From Eledone cirrhosa (lineage: Eukaryota): DNA of 64,000 nt. This document shows positions 13,630 through 27,442 of this stretch, piece after piece. The position numbers and the translations under genes are program-made. Location: NCBI GenBank assembly GCA_964016885.1, contig OZ024750.1, forward strand, positions 36,332,001 to 36,396,000. The letters are read 5' to 3'. The stretch's first letter is position 1, and every line of letters starts with the position of its first letter. Under the pieces are notes generated by a model. It was not told where the DNA came from. It worked only from the letters and a program-made list of their open reading frames with translations, and ran no database searches.

Positions 13630-14634
13630 ATACACATACATACACAGATATAAATACATAGACATATTAACACATACATACACATGCAAACACAGATATA
13701 AACACATACATACACAAATATAAACACATACATACACAAATATAAACACATACATGCACAGATATAAACACATACATGCACAAATATAAACACATACATG
13801 CACAAATATAAACACATACATGCACAAATATAAACACATACATGCACAAATATAAACACATACATGCACAAATATAAACACATACATACACAAATATAAA
13901 CACATACATGCACAGATATAAACACATACATACACAGATATAAACACATACACACAGATATAAACACATACATACACAGATATAAACACATACACACACA
14001 TATAAACACATACATACACAGATATAAACACATACATACACAGATATAAACACATACATACACTGATATAAACACATACATACACAGATATAAACACATA
14101 CACACACATATAAACACATACATACACAAATATAAACACATACATACACAGATATAAACACATACACACACATATAAACACATACACACACAGATATAGA
14201 CACATACATACACAGATATAAACACATACACACACAGATATAAACACATACATACACAGATATAAACACATACATACACAGATATAAACACATACACACA
14301 AATATAAACACATACACACACAGATATAAACACATACATACACAGATATAAACACATACATACACAGATATAAACACATACATACACATATAAACGCAGA
14401 TAAATACATACACAGATAAACGCAGATAAATACATACACAGATAAATGCATACATACACAGATATTAACACATACACACACATATAAACACATACATACA
14501 GATAAAAACGCATATACACAAATACAGAGAAATAAACACTTACATACACAAATATAAACACATACATACATACATAGATATATAAACACATCCATACACA
14601 AATATAAACACTTACACACACAGATATACACACA
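13630..14634. repeat. Microsatellite-derived minisatellite, 20-22 bp unit
   Basis: The unit ACACAGATATAAACACATACAT and its variants are tandemly repeated. Confidence 0.95.
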
Positions 14635-14743
14635 ATAAATTAAAGTACCAGTAATGCACTAGGGTTGATTTAATTGACTTTTCCCTTCCCTTCAAAATTG
14701 CTGGACTTGTGTCTAACATAGAAACCGTTATTATTATTATTAC

Positions 14744-15277
14744 AGGGTGGTGGATTGGCAGTATCGGTAGAGGGTCGGACGCCATGCTTTGACGCATAGA
14801 GTTACGGCCCTTGCCATTCTGAGTTCAAATCCCACCGAGGTTAACTTTGCCTTTCATCCTTACGGGGTCGATAAAATAAAGTACCAGTAATGTACTGGGT
14901 AATTGCTGGCTTTGTGTCAAAAGTAGAAACAATTTCGATAAAATAAAGTACCAGTAATGCACTGGGTAATTTGCTGGCTTTGTGTCAAAAGTAGAAACAA
15001 TTTCGATAAAATAAAGTACCAGTAATGCACTGGGTAATTGCTGGCCTTGTGCCTAAAGTAGAAACAATTATTATTATCATCAGGGTGGTGGTTTGGCAGT
15101 ATCAGTAAAGTGTCAGACACTATGCTTTGCATCATAGTTATGTCCCTTTACATTCTGAGTTCAAATCCTGCCGAGGTTAGCTTTGCCTTTTATCCTTACG
15201 GGGGTCGATTAAATAAAGTACCAGTAATGCACTGGGGGTAATTGCTGGCCTTGTGCCAAAAGTAGAAACAATTATTA
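14744..15277 (+). mobile_element. Tandem array of tRNA-derived SINE family B (two heads, four 3' ends)
   Basis: Head GGGTGGTGGATTGGCAGTATCGGTAGAG, B box GAGTTCAAATC, body GCCTTTCATCCTTACGGGGTCGATAAAATAAAGTACCAG, (ATT)n tail. Other copies or fragments at about 11797, 17826(-), 19108, 20810, 22320(-), 27832, 30135, 31925(-), 33225, 33545, 34648+35064(-) and 45694. Confidence 0.85.
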
Positions 15278-15283
15278 ACATTA

Positions 15284-16077
15284 ACTAACAGAAAACACCC
15301 CCTTTCAGGTGGTTTTCTGCTAGCATGTGTAGTGTGTATATTGATATTATACGCAGGTATATATACATGTAGATATGATACATCAAATAAAATCGTAATT
15401 GACAATATACACAGAAATTGTAGAGAGTTTGTGTTACACGCTCTTCTGTAATCAGTAAAGTAATCCATGATACATTAAAAAAAGACGATATTATATATAA
15501 ACTGCATTAGGAGAAAATTAGCGACGGAAATATATGCGATATTTTTATAAGTGTTATAATATAACAGCCACTAACCGGAAGTGTTAACATTTGAAAATGT
15601 TAAAGAAGTGAATCTTTAAATAAACTATAAAATATATTTAATCAACAGCCATGAAATTTAGCACATAAATTATGTAATATTCATTCATTATTTATTCAAA
15701 GGCAAAGTTAACCTCGGCGGGATTTGAACTCAGATCATAGAGTTACCTCCCTGTATGATCTGAGTTCAAATCCCGCCGAGGTTAACTTTGCCTTTCATCC
15801 TTACGGGGTCGATAGAATAAAGTACCAGTAATGTACTGGGTAATTGCTGGCCTTGTGCCAAAAGTAGAAACAATTATTTATTCAAAGGTTAACGTTGCCT
15901 TTCATCCTTACGGGGTCGATAAAATAAAGTACCAGTAATGCACTGGGATAATTGCTGGCCTTGTGCCAAAAGTAGGAACAATTATTTATTCAAAGTAATC
16001 CAACTTATTTTACAAACGGGGTAAAAAAATATAAACTGGACACAGTCCCGCACTCCTTACTTTATTATAGTTAAGAT
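15284..16077 (+). mobile_element. Helitron/Helentron-like non-autonomous element interrupted by SINE B fragments
   Basis: 5' hairpin CTA.CAGAAAAC..GTTTTCTGCTAG and 3' end CTTTATTATAGTTAAGAT. An uninterrupted copy is at 33695-34137. The SINE insert is bracketed by ATTATTTATTCAAAG. Confidence 0.6.
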
Positions 16078-19000
16078 GTAAAAAAAATGATAATCTTGTA
16101 TAATTATTTAACATTTTTCTTCCCAAATCTTTTTATAGAAGGGCCTCAAATTTCATATTGTTTAGGGCCTGATCAGGTGAAAGTCAGCCTTGTACACACT
16201 AATACACAGATACAAACATATGATTAACACTGGTACAACTTGTGTTTTCAGTTCTATTACTCAGTTTCTAAACCACTATTTAATTATCTGGCATTTGTGA
16301 AATTCATTTGAAAGAGGTTTTTATTTTAGTGTTTTTCAACCACACTTCTTCTACCAACTGTGTTGTTAAAAATATAGAATTTTAAATCTGTTATCAGCAA
16401 TTCTTCACAGGTCTAATGTTAATAAAGACTATTTTGATGTGATTGATGGCAAAGCTATTAAACTTGTTGTAACCAGTATCCATTGGCATTTATCAACCTG
16501 ACTCAACAGACTTGAGTGCTTTTAATTACTGACACTGTCAGAAGAAATTTCTTCCTTCACCTCATATGTTTTCTGTTCGTGCTGTTATTAACATATCAGT
16601 GGGTATTTCAATGAAAGCCTTTTCATGTAATTTCTTTAAACATAATCAAGATAGAATCTTAGAAATTGTGTAAATAGTTATTATTATGTTTTTATTTTAG
16701 TGATGATAGAATCTCAGTTAGTTACCTTCTGTTTTACAATAGCTTTTGATAACAACCATACCAATATGGTATTAGACCTCCTCATAATTATACACTACTT
16801 GCATGAAATAACAGTATTTCTGAAGTAAGTTGTCTACAAAATAGATTAAAAATGATAAATGCTTTTTAAATGATTGTTGATAGTTTTTGTTTGTGTGTGT
16901 ACCTACTTACATACAGACACACAAATATTATAAAGAATGGTGTGATCATGCACAGAGATGCTATAAATAGCACATAAAACAGGGTGAAGACCCTGAAAGA
17001 TGGAAAAAGAAGGCGCCATTATCAGGAATCAAACCTCATATCACCCAAATAACAGCAAGGGGTTTTATTCATCCTAGCAGCTGATGGCAACTTCTTCCAT
17101 ATTTAACCCTTTAACATTTAAACCGGACATATCCGGCCATAATTCTCTCACCTCTTTCTGTTCACACCTGGCTGTAACCAGCCACTCATACTTATGTTAA
17201 GATATTGTTCTAAAAAAAAAAATCAAAATCTCATAGATTTAATATTATGTTAGGTAAAGCCTTTACTGTGAAAATACAATAGTATATATAGAGTAATGGA
17301 AATGGTATGTGAGGTAAAGCCTTTACTGAGAAAATACAATAGTATATATAGAGTAATGGAAATGGTGTGAAGGATGGCCGGAAGTTGCTCAAATGGGTTA
17401 AAGATCTTCACCCTATTTTATAAAATATTTCATAGCACCTCCACGAGATGTTTAAGGGATTGGCTAAATATATACAAATGTTAATTTTAAGTCTATAATT
17501 TCTTTATTAATGTCCACACATTACATACAATTTTAAATTACTAGGATTTTTTTTTAAACACACTGACGTATATGTGATATGCATATGCATACATTTATAT
17601 GTATGAGTATATAAATATAAACATGCAAACACAGACACACATACAAAAATACACACTCACAGACATACATTTACACTTACATACACACTCACACACAGCA
17701 TAGCAAATGGAACGCCAGCTGTTGTTTTGCTATAGTTTTTTCACGATCCCCTTCCCTCCTTTACACATTGTGTGATGGATGGCCGGAAGTTGCTCAAATT
17801 TATATATAGAAAACTAAGATGAAAAATAATTGTTTCTACTTTTGGCACAAGGCCAGCAATTACCCAGTGCTTTACTGGTACTTTATTTTATCAACCCCGT
17901 AAGGATGAAAGGCAAAGTTAACCTCGGCGGGATTTGAACTCATAATGGCAACTAAGGTGAAAAATAATACTATATATAAATATTAGTGTTGAATAATGCA
18001 ATATGGATACAGACAGACATTTGATTAAGATGTTTGTTGTGTAATTATATGATTCTTGGTTCTGCCTCTGGCAAATGTCTTCACCATTTTGTTTGTGAGG
18101 GCACAGTTGAAACATACAACACTGACTGGGGTGTAGTGTCTGTCGCTCCCAAATACTTTCTCATTCTTTCATTGCTTAATTTCTTTTATCTTTTTCTTCT
18201 TCTCCTCTTTCTTTTTCATATCCTTATTGCCATTTATATTGTACAGTTTTTTTTTTTAATCACATTTGTGAAGTATACCAAACTTAATTATCATTATATG
18301 GAACATTCCTGATGATTTTAATCAATTGAAACAGTTCTAGTTTTGTAGAAGTCATTTCTATATATAAAATAAATATTGTGTTTAGTTTTAAAACAGCTGT
18401 TATACAGTAGAAATGGAAGCTTTGACTGTATTTTTGACTAAAGGAATTTTAGCCTGATAGTGGGATTTAAAACCCTCTAAAAAATGAAAAAGGATGAGTA
18501 TTGATTAGTCTTGTATAAGTCATTTCTATATAAAATAAATAAGGTGTTTAGTTTTAAAACAACTGTTATACTTATTTCTTAACCATTGTATTTACTTCAA
18601 CAAAAATTCTGCACACATCATAGCATATTTGATTTACCCTTATTAATCTTGTTCGTGTCAAATTCAGCTACATTGTTTTCTTTTAGCATCAATTTCCCTG
18701 CTATTTATTGCTATCAAATTTCTTTTGTTAGAGCTGTTTCCTTTCTCTATTAGATGAATGTTAACATCTCAACAATCTCTTTGAATTCTATTATTTCTTT
18801 TATTCCTGTTAACAAGAAGAAGAAAAAGACGAAGATGAAGATGCCCTTTCTTCTGAAATTATCAACTATCTATATTCATTTTCCATACAATCTAGTCTTA
18901 AACTTTACTTTCACATTCTTTTCCACAATTATTTTACATTTTGTTCTCAAATAAAGAACAAAAAAACAAAAGTATCCATCCACCTTTCTGATAGGTTTTA

Positions 19001-21544
19001 ATGTTGATTTTAATAGTACAACAAAAACAGCTTCATCAAATAAGTATGACAATTCATTTATGTTTTGTTTTCTCATTGAATGCTACAAATGAACGGTTAT
19101 TATGTGAATTGGCAGTATCGGTAGAGAGTCGGACGCCATGCTTTCCAGCATAGTTACGTCCCTTTACGGACTGAGTTCAAATTCCGCCGAGGTTAACTTT
19201 GTCTTTCATCCTTACGGGGTCGATAAAATAAAGTACCAGTAATACACTGGAGTAATTGCTGGCCTTGTGCCAAATGTAGAAACAATTATTAGCAATACTA
19301 CCAGTAATACCCTGGGATAATTGCTGGCCTTGTGCCAAAAGTAGAACCAATTATTAGCAATAACTGGAATTAAAAAAAAAACCCTAAAATTGTGTGAATA
19401 AGGCTTCATTGTTTAATGGGTTCAAATATAGTAAGATTATGTAGAGTTCAGTTTATACAACTAAAACCAAACTTCCTTTCTATGAGTAAATATGATTTAT
19501 TGTTCAACTAATCTAGAGATATATCATCCATATCTTTTATTTCTAAGGCATTCTATTTAAGCTAAGCATCATTTCTCTGATTGTTAACTGAAGGAGGAGT
19601 GTAACAATACTTTTTAACAAAAGAATGTTTCAAAGAAAAAATAGTAAAAGTCTTTATGATTTTTCTCGATTCTAATAATACATGTAAGTGAAACAAATCA
19701 ATGAAAGAGAACATAACAGCATTATTATGTTCACATTCCCTTGTGGGGATCAATAAACATCAACTATCCAAATGAATTTAGACAGTGTTTCTCTTGTGAT
19801 ATTTTGATTATTTCTTGAAATTGTTATCAAATATCACATCAGCTCCTTTAGGAAAAGGAATTTAAATGAAATATTAGTTACTTCTAAATAAATGTTGATA
19901 ATACAGATTTCTCACATTTTGACACATAGCCAAATATTTGCAAGGGAATAGAGGTGAACAGATATAAAGTTAAAAGAAGAAAAATACCCCCCCCCCACCA
20001 CCACCACCACCATAGTCCCAATTCTGGCAAGCAAAACCATGCCAGATTTCATTTAAATAGTACATATATAAAAGATCAAGTAATTAAACAAAAAATATTT
20101 CAAGTTCTTTCATTGACAATACATGACTTGTATGTCATCACCAACATTTATATAATGCTATTACAAATATGTGGGCAAAAGTCACATTTTCTTCTTCTTC
20201 TTCTTCATCATCATCATCGTCGTCATAATGGTTGCATTCTCCCCTAACAAGAGTTGGACATCATCATATTCATCATCATCATCATTATCGTCATTTTAAT
20301 GACTGCTTTCCCTCCTATCAAAGGTTGGATGCCATCATCGTCACTGATATTTTAATGGCTACTTTCCTGCCTAACAAGGGTTGGCTGTCATCATCTTCAG
20401 CATTATCATCATCATCCTCATCATCATCATTTTCATGGCCACTTTTTCAGCTAGCATGGGTTGGACAGATCTACATAGAACAAGTCAATACTGAAGTGAA
20501 GCCACTAATCTCCCAGATAGGCCAGGGATCTGCATCTCAATTATGTACGGTTTCATTGTCTACTGAGTGCAGAGAAGAGGTTATCATATCTTTGAAACTA
20601 AGGGGTCCTCCCAATCCTTTGGCAAGTTTCCTATGGCTGGATGCCCTTCTTATCACCAACAGCATACACTGTGTGCATTTTTCATGTAGATCAGCAACAC
20701 TAGGGAGTCTGTCATGTCATTGGCTCAACTGAAGGGTCCATCTTGAATAAAGTAAATATCCCAGTCAACCAAAAAACTCCACTAAATCAGCCATTATTTA
20801 AAATGTATAGGTGGATTGGCAGTATTGGTAGAGGGTCGGACGCCATGCTTTGACGTATAGAGTTACGGCCCTTGCCATTCCGAGTTCAAATCCCGCCGAG
20901 GTTGACTTTGCCTTTCATCCTTACAGGGTCGATAAAATAAAGTACCAGTAATGCACTGGGTAATTGCTGGCCTTGTGCCTAACATAGAAACAATTATTTA
21001 AAATGTATAGGGACTGCTATACAGGGTAGAGTGGGAACCTCTTGTGCATCACTAGCACAACCACCTTACAGGGTGGATTAGGAGCTGCCTATTGTCATGT
21101 TACTAGTACGACCAACTTACAGGTGGACTGGGTACTTTTGTTGCTTTAGCACCAGATCAGCATACAGGGCAGACAAAGTGGTTTTTGTTGTTGTTGTTGT
21201 TGTGACAGCAACATTATGGAGGGAGAAGAACAGATTTGGAATGTTGTATCCAGCTTTCCATGTTTGTATGCATGGGCTGGACAGGAGAGGTACATGAGGA
21301 GTGTGGGAGGTTGGGAGAGGAACTGTTATACCAGTTGGACATGGATGAGGGGAGTGAGATATCTAGCTGATTAAGGCAGAGTATGAAGAATGGAAGGGTG
21401 ACTTTCTTCTGTAAATCTGCCTTAGATTTAGTTATGAGGGTTAGATTATTGATGATGGTTAAAACCAACCAAACAGTGTGTTCTGTTATTATTTCTGGCA
21501 ATATTATTACAACAATTTGACCCTCCCCAAGTATAACAATATAT

Positions 21545-21722
21545 ATATATATTCTATTCTATTCTAAGGCGGGTAAAATTTCCGAGATCCATGGACGAGT
21601 TCTCTCCAGCGGTCTCTGTCCCTCATTATCGCTGCCATGTCCTGCGTCTCCAATAGACCAGTGTCTGTCCTTAGAGCATCAACATACGTTAACCTTGGTC
21701 TTCCTCTTCTAGTGTGTCCATG
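21545..21722 (-). mobile_element. RTE-like LINE extreme 3' fragment
   Basis: The minus strand reads RRGRPRLTYVDAL.TDTGL and is followed by an (AGAAT)n tail. Confidence 0.55.
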
Positions 21723-21726
21723 TATA

Positions 21727-22310
21727 TAGTCTACCGCTTGCCAAGGAGCTTCTGAAGAGCATCATCAGTGGAGTTGCTAAGGCCCGCTTACATGTTTTTA
21801 AGAGGACTGCTGGGAATCCATCAGGTCCAGCAGCTGAGTCTGTTCTAATTTCATCTATGGCATACACCACATCCTCCTCCGTTATGTCTATGTGGTTGAT
21901 GGTCGCCATTTCTTCATGTAGTGTTGTGGCATCAAAGAACTCCTCTGGCTTCGTTATTTGCATGTGCCTCATTGGATATGTGAACACACTTTTGTACTGT
22001 TCGTTCAATATTTCACTTATCACTTGGGGATTCTCGGTTAATGAACCGTCTTTATGGAAGAGTGGCCCAATCTTGCTGTGTACCGAGGCAGTCTCTTTTG
22101 CAAATTTAAAGAAGGCCTTAGGGTTTGTTTTAATATTTTCTATGGCTCTACTTTCTTTCTTTGCCCTCTCATTTTCATGGGAAAGTTTGAGTGCAATCTC
22201 GATGTCAAGTAGTGCACATTTCAAATAGGATTCCTTCTTGTTTTTGTTTTCTTGTTGTGCATTCAACTGGTTTGTGAGCTTAGTTCTTTGTCTCATAAGG
22301 ATTTTCCTAT
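21727..22310 (-). mobile_element. CR1-like LINE ORF2 internal fragment
   Basis: ORF 21709-22323 has IKTNPKAFFKF...SAAGPDGFPAVLLKTC, homologous to the element at 63000. Confidence 0.85.
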
Positions 22311-22459
22311 CTCTATTCTGCAAAGCATGGCATCCGACCCTCTACTGATACTGCTGATCCACCGCCCTTGCGATGATAATAATAAATGTTTCTACTTTTT
22401 GGCACAAGGCCAGCAATTATTCCAGTATATTACTGATACTTTATTTTATCGACCCCGTG

Positions 22460-24390
22460 AATAATATAGTTAACTTATTAGATGTTATGTTAGAATTAGA
22501 TACTGGCTTATACAGACCATACCACAAGCCAGGTAAGGTTCTGTCTTACATCAACAAAGCATCTAATCACCCTAAATCTACATTTAACTTTATAGTGAGT
22601 AGCATCTCACATAGAATCTTGAGGCTGTCGGCCAACGAGGACCTCTTCGACCAAACTGCCGGCTACTACAACAAAGCACTGGCCGAATCAGGGTATAGCA
22701 GCAAGATTTTGTACATCCAGGATGTCGGCTCTACTAGGCCCCCCCTCCTGCAGGACCAGTCGCACCAATAACCACCACGGCAGTGGACTTGTTAACGGGA
22801 AATATGCAGGTCGAATTAGTAATGTGGCTAGCTTTGGCCAGCATCATAACAACAAGGGTGGTAGGCTAGGGCGACCCCTACATTCGTACCAACTTAGTTC
22901 GGGCAATAGAATTAACAGCAGCCTACTAGAAAAATTCCCCGCGTACAGGCTTAATAATGGTGATGGTATCTTGCCAACACCTACCAGCAAGCATAGGGTA
23001 ACCCAGAGCGGCCCAGCAGGGGGTAGGTTAACACACGGGGCTAATATGAACAGAGCGCAAAATAAGCAGCAGCCCAACCCTCTTGGTAGAAACACCCACC
23101 AGGGCTTAAACGACCGCACCAACCCAACGGTAACAGGGAAACACCGGCGTAATGTCATATGGTTCCTTCCCCCCTACTCTAAGAGTATAGTGTCTAACAT
23201 ATCCAGAATCTTCTTCGATGCCTTAGAGAGGAACTTCCCACCTAATCACAGATACCGAAAAATCCTCAATAAGAATAACATCAAGATATCTTATTCTACT
23301 ACACCGAATTTAGCAGACCTCATAGCACTGAGCAACCACAGTAAGCTCACTAGAATAAAACCAGCCCATAATGCCAACATTGGTGAATATGCTTACCTGG
23401 TTAACCTTAACAATTCTGTGGCCCAGAATAGTAGTGGTAATAGTAACGAAAGTAATTATAGTATTAGCAGTAACGTCTACAATAGCAACACCATAGAGAC
23501 TAACCTCAGCGCCAGTAGGGAGGCTGACGACCAGGTTAGATACCATAGCAGCGATAACAATGGCTGTAGAAGATGCTATAACACGAGCAATAGAAATAGC
23601 ACCGTGCCGTATGACTATAACTACAATAATGCTAACCACAATAATGGCAACAATGGTGATGGTGAAAATGATAGTAATGGGATTAGTAGCAGACCTCACC
23701 ATTCTAGAAATAGCAGCAAAAAACACTGCAATTGCCGATACCCTAACAACTGTCCACTCCAAGGCTACTGTTTGATTAGAAACGTAATCTATAAATGCAC
23801 AGTTACGAGTTTTAATAGCACAAGGTCATACATAGGTGTCACTTCTGAGGAGTTCAAGACTAGATTTAGATCACATCTCCACTCCTTTAAGAATAGGAAA
23901 CTAAGATTCTCTACCTCCCTCGCTAATTATATTACTCAATTAACCGACTCTAACATTAGCTACACCACGCAGTGGGAAATTGTTAACCAAGCAACCCCAT
24001 ATAATTTCAGGAAAAATTGCCAGCTCTGCTTAATGGAGTTATAGTATATAGTACAAGCACCCTAGGAACACATTAATAGTCGGGCCGAAATGCTCATCAA
24101 TTGCAGCCATCGACTGAAGCAATCCTTCTACGGATGGACCCCTGCGCCTGAATAATATCATATCCCTACAGCTCTCTTCATCGGACCCCAGCTTGACCCA
24201 CCTGCAATAGGTTTACCATTGGGCAGTGTCTAATGACACTACCAACCATCCATTGGTTTCCCACCGGGATGCTACGTAGCACCTACTGAGTTAGACTCAC
24301 CCTGCTAAATTCTTCCTTTTTGATGAGTTAGGTTAAAATAAACTTACGAACCTACTGCGTGAACCTGAATAACATCATAGATTAAATAAA
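22460..24390 (+). mobile_element. 5'-truncated Penelope-like retroelement (RT C-terminus, Asn/Ser-rich linker, GIY-YIG endonuclease)
   Basis: LLDVMLEL...YHKP...YINKASNHP (RT thumb); RNVIWFLPPYS...KISYSTTPNL; CNCRYPNNCPLQGYC..RNVIYKC...YIGVTSEEFKTRF...CQLCLME. There is a frameshift at poly-C about 22740 and premature stops after 24041. Confidence 0.92.
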
Positions 24391-24469
24391 CTTAAGAACT
24401 TACAACTATACACACACTCACACACACACATATATATATATATATACACATATACATATATATAATGAG

Positions 24470-24722
24470 CTCGTGTAGGTGTCACAACAAAAAAACACAC
24501 AGTCCACGCTGTAATGTGACCGTGTAGGTAACACGGTAAAAACCTCCCAGTCCACACTGTAAACGTGGTTGGTGTTAGGAAGGGCATCCAACCACAGAAA
24601 ACCCGCCAGACAGTCCTATACGAGCAGGACAACCAATCTTGCCTCAAGTGGGAAAACTCCCATCCAAACCCATGCAAGTGTGGAAGATGGACGTTAAACG
24701 ATGATGATAATGATGATGATGA
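24470..24722 (+). mobile_element. RTE LINE 3' UTR fragment (others at about 36795-37080(-) and 41035-41375)
   Basis: Closely similar to the 3' UTR of the 59-62 kb RTE and ends in (ATG)n. Confidence 0.85.
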
Positions 24723-24723
24723 C

Positions 24724-24754
<31 letters not shown>

Positions 24755-24886
24755 CATATATATGGAAAGTTGTATATACACATATATACTTATATATACA
24801 TATTATATATATACACATATATACTTATATATATATATACACATATATACTTATATATACATATTATATATATACACATATATACT

Positions 24887-24934
<48 letters not shown>

Positions 24935-25023
24935 AACATATATATACACACACACACACACACATATATATATACACACGCACACACATATATATATATA
25001 TATATATACACACGCACACACAC

Positions 25024-25074
<51 letters not shown>

Positions 25075-26139
25075 AACATATATGTAGTATATATACACAT
25101 GATATGTTTGGTATAAGGGTAGCTAACGAAACATGAGAGGAAGTAGAATGAAGGCAGAGAAACAGATGAAGTGGAAGACTAAGAATGAAGTATAAGTAAC
25201 CAACACACAGACACAGAGATTCACAGCTAGAAGAGCAGAAAATAAACAATGGAAGGTAAGGAGTGATGGAGAGAGAAGGCAAACAAACTGGGTAGGTGGT
25301 GATGTAATTAGAAACACTGTAGCTGTGTGTTCATACCATTAGAAGCAGAGGATACCAGTTGGAAAATATGTTATTGTTTAATAACTAGGCAGTGACCTTT
25401 GTACTGTAATGTTGTAAACTCCAGTTGGGGAATTCTAGCCTTTTTTCCCCATTACTCAATGTTTTCTTTCCAATGAAGTTCAGGTTTTGATTTTGACTGA
25501 ATAAAAAGGACTAAACAGCAACACTGAAATATCTAAAATTTTATTTTAATATCTGTCACCATAGAATACTGTGATGTAAGGAATTGTAAATAATGTTCAG
25601 TATTTTTTAACCCTCTCACCTCTTTCTGTTCAAACCGGCTGTAACTTGCTACTTATACTGATGTTAAGGTATTGTTCTCAAAATAAATAATATTAAAAAT
25701 CTTGTACATTCAATATTATGTGAGATAAATCCTTTACAGTGAAAATACAATAGTATGTATAAAGTAATGAAAATGCTAATGGGTTAAATTTATTTTGACA
25801 GTGCATATATAGTAAGAGAGGGGTAGGGCTGAATTAAATATAAAGTCAGTTCATTATAGAACTCTGTGAGAGAAAGGGTTTGGTTGAGTGTAGGATATAG
25901 TCCTACTTTTTATCATCGTCAGTGGAGAAAGGTCATTTCTCTGTTGTTGCCTTTGGCTATAAAAGCTACATATACAACTTGGTAACAATGGTGTGGAAAC
26001 ATGAGGCTTAAAGAGTGGTAGATTGATATATTGTAGGAACGCATTTCATGAAAGGCAGATGACTATGGGATTAAAAAATCAAGAAACATTCAAAAGAATT
26101 AAGTAAAATCCCCAAAGTTAAAGAATGGCTACACAGGTG

Positions 26140-27442
26140 GCTCAGAGGTTGCTCACATGTTGCTTACAAGTTGTTCACAGGTTCCTCACATGTTGCTCAG
26201 AAGTTGTTCACAGGTTGCTTACAAGTTGTTCACAGGTTCCTCACATGTTGCTCACAAGTTGTTCACAGGTTCCTCACATGTTGCTCACAAGTTGTTCACA
26301 GGTTCGTCACAGGTTGCTTACAAGTTGTTCACAGGTTCCCCACATGTTGCTTACAAGTTGTTCACAGGTTCCTCACATGTTGCTCACAAGTTGTTCACAG
26401 GTTCCTCACATATTGCTCACAAGTTGTTCACAGGTTCCTCACATGTTGCTTACAAGTTGTTCACAGGTTCCTCACATGTTGCTCACAAGTTGTTCACAGG
26501 TTCCTCACGTGTTGCTTGCAAGTTGTTCACAGGTTCCTCACATGTTGCTCACAAGTTGTTCACAGGTTCCTCACAAGTTGTTCACAGGTTCCTCACATGT
26601 TGCTCACAAGTTGTTCACAGGTTCCTCACATGTTGCTTACAAGTTGTTCACAGATTCCTCACATGTTGCTTACAAGTTGTTCACAGGTTCCTCACATGTT
26701 GCTTACAAGTTGTTCACAGGTTGCTCACATGTTGCTCACAAGTTGTTCACAGGTTGCTCACAAGTTGTTCACAGGTTGCTCACATGTTGCTTACAAGTTG
26801 TTCACAGGTTGCTCACAAGTTGTTCACAGGTTGCTCACATGTTTCTCACAAGTTGTTCACAGGTTGCTCACATGTTGCTCACAAGTTGTTCACAGGTTCC
26901 TCACAAGTTGTTCACAGGTTCCTCACATGTTGCTTACAAGTTGTTTACAGGTTCCTCACATGTTGCTTACAAGTTGTTTACAGGTTCCTCACATGTTGCT
27001 CACAAGTTGTTCACAGGTTCCTCACATGTTCCTTACAAGTTGTTCACAGGTTCCTCACATGTTGCTTAGAAGTTGTTCACAGGTTGCTCACAAGTTGTTC
27101 ACAGGTTGCTCACATGTTGCTTACAAGTTGTTCACAGGTTGCTCACATGTTTCTCACAAGTTGTTCACAGGTTGCTCACATGTTGCTCACAAGTTGTTCA
27201 CAGATTGCTCACAAGTTGTTCACAGGTTGCTCACATGTTGCTTACAAGTTGTTCACAGGTTGCTCACATGTTGCTTACAAGCTGTTTACAGGTTCCTCAC
27301 ATGTTGCTCACAAGTTGTTCACAGGTTCCTCAAATGTTGCTTACAAGTTCATTGCAGATTGCTCTCAGGCTACTCACAAGTTGCTCACGTGTTGCTCTCA
27401 GGTTGCTCACAGGCTGCTATTAGGTTGCATACATGTTGCTCA
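26140..27442. repeat. 11-bp satellite with 33-bp higher-order unit
   Basis: GTTGCTCACAA-GTTGTTCACAG-GTTCCTCACAT repeated, degenerate at both edges. Confidence 0.95.

Noticed and set aside
18303-18352. CTGATGA...GAAAC...GTA hammerhead-like motif
   Set aside because: The stems are too short or mismatched. It may be a decayed pLTR but cannot be supported.
16260-19860. Possible host exons or transposase relics in non-repetitive stretches
   Set aside because: I found no sustained frame, recognisable motif or supported splice pair by eye.
24315-24365. Expected hammerhead at the 3' end of the 22-24 kb PLE (TTGATGA...CGAAC)
   Set aside because: Both core boxes deviate and stem I is not evident.
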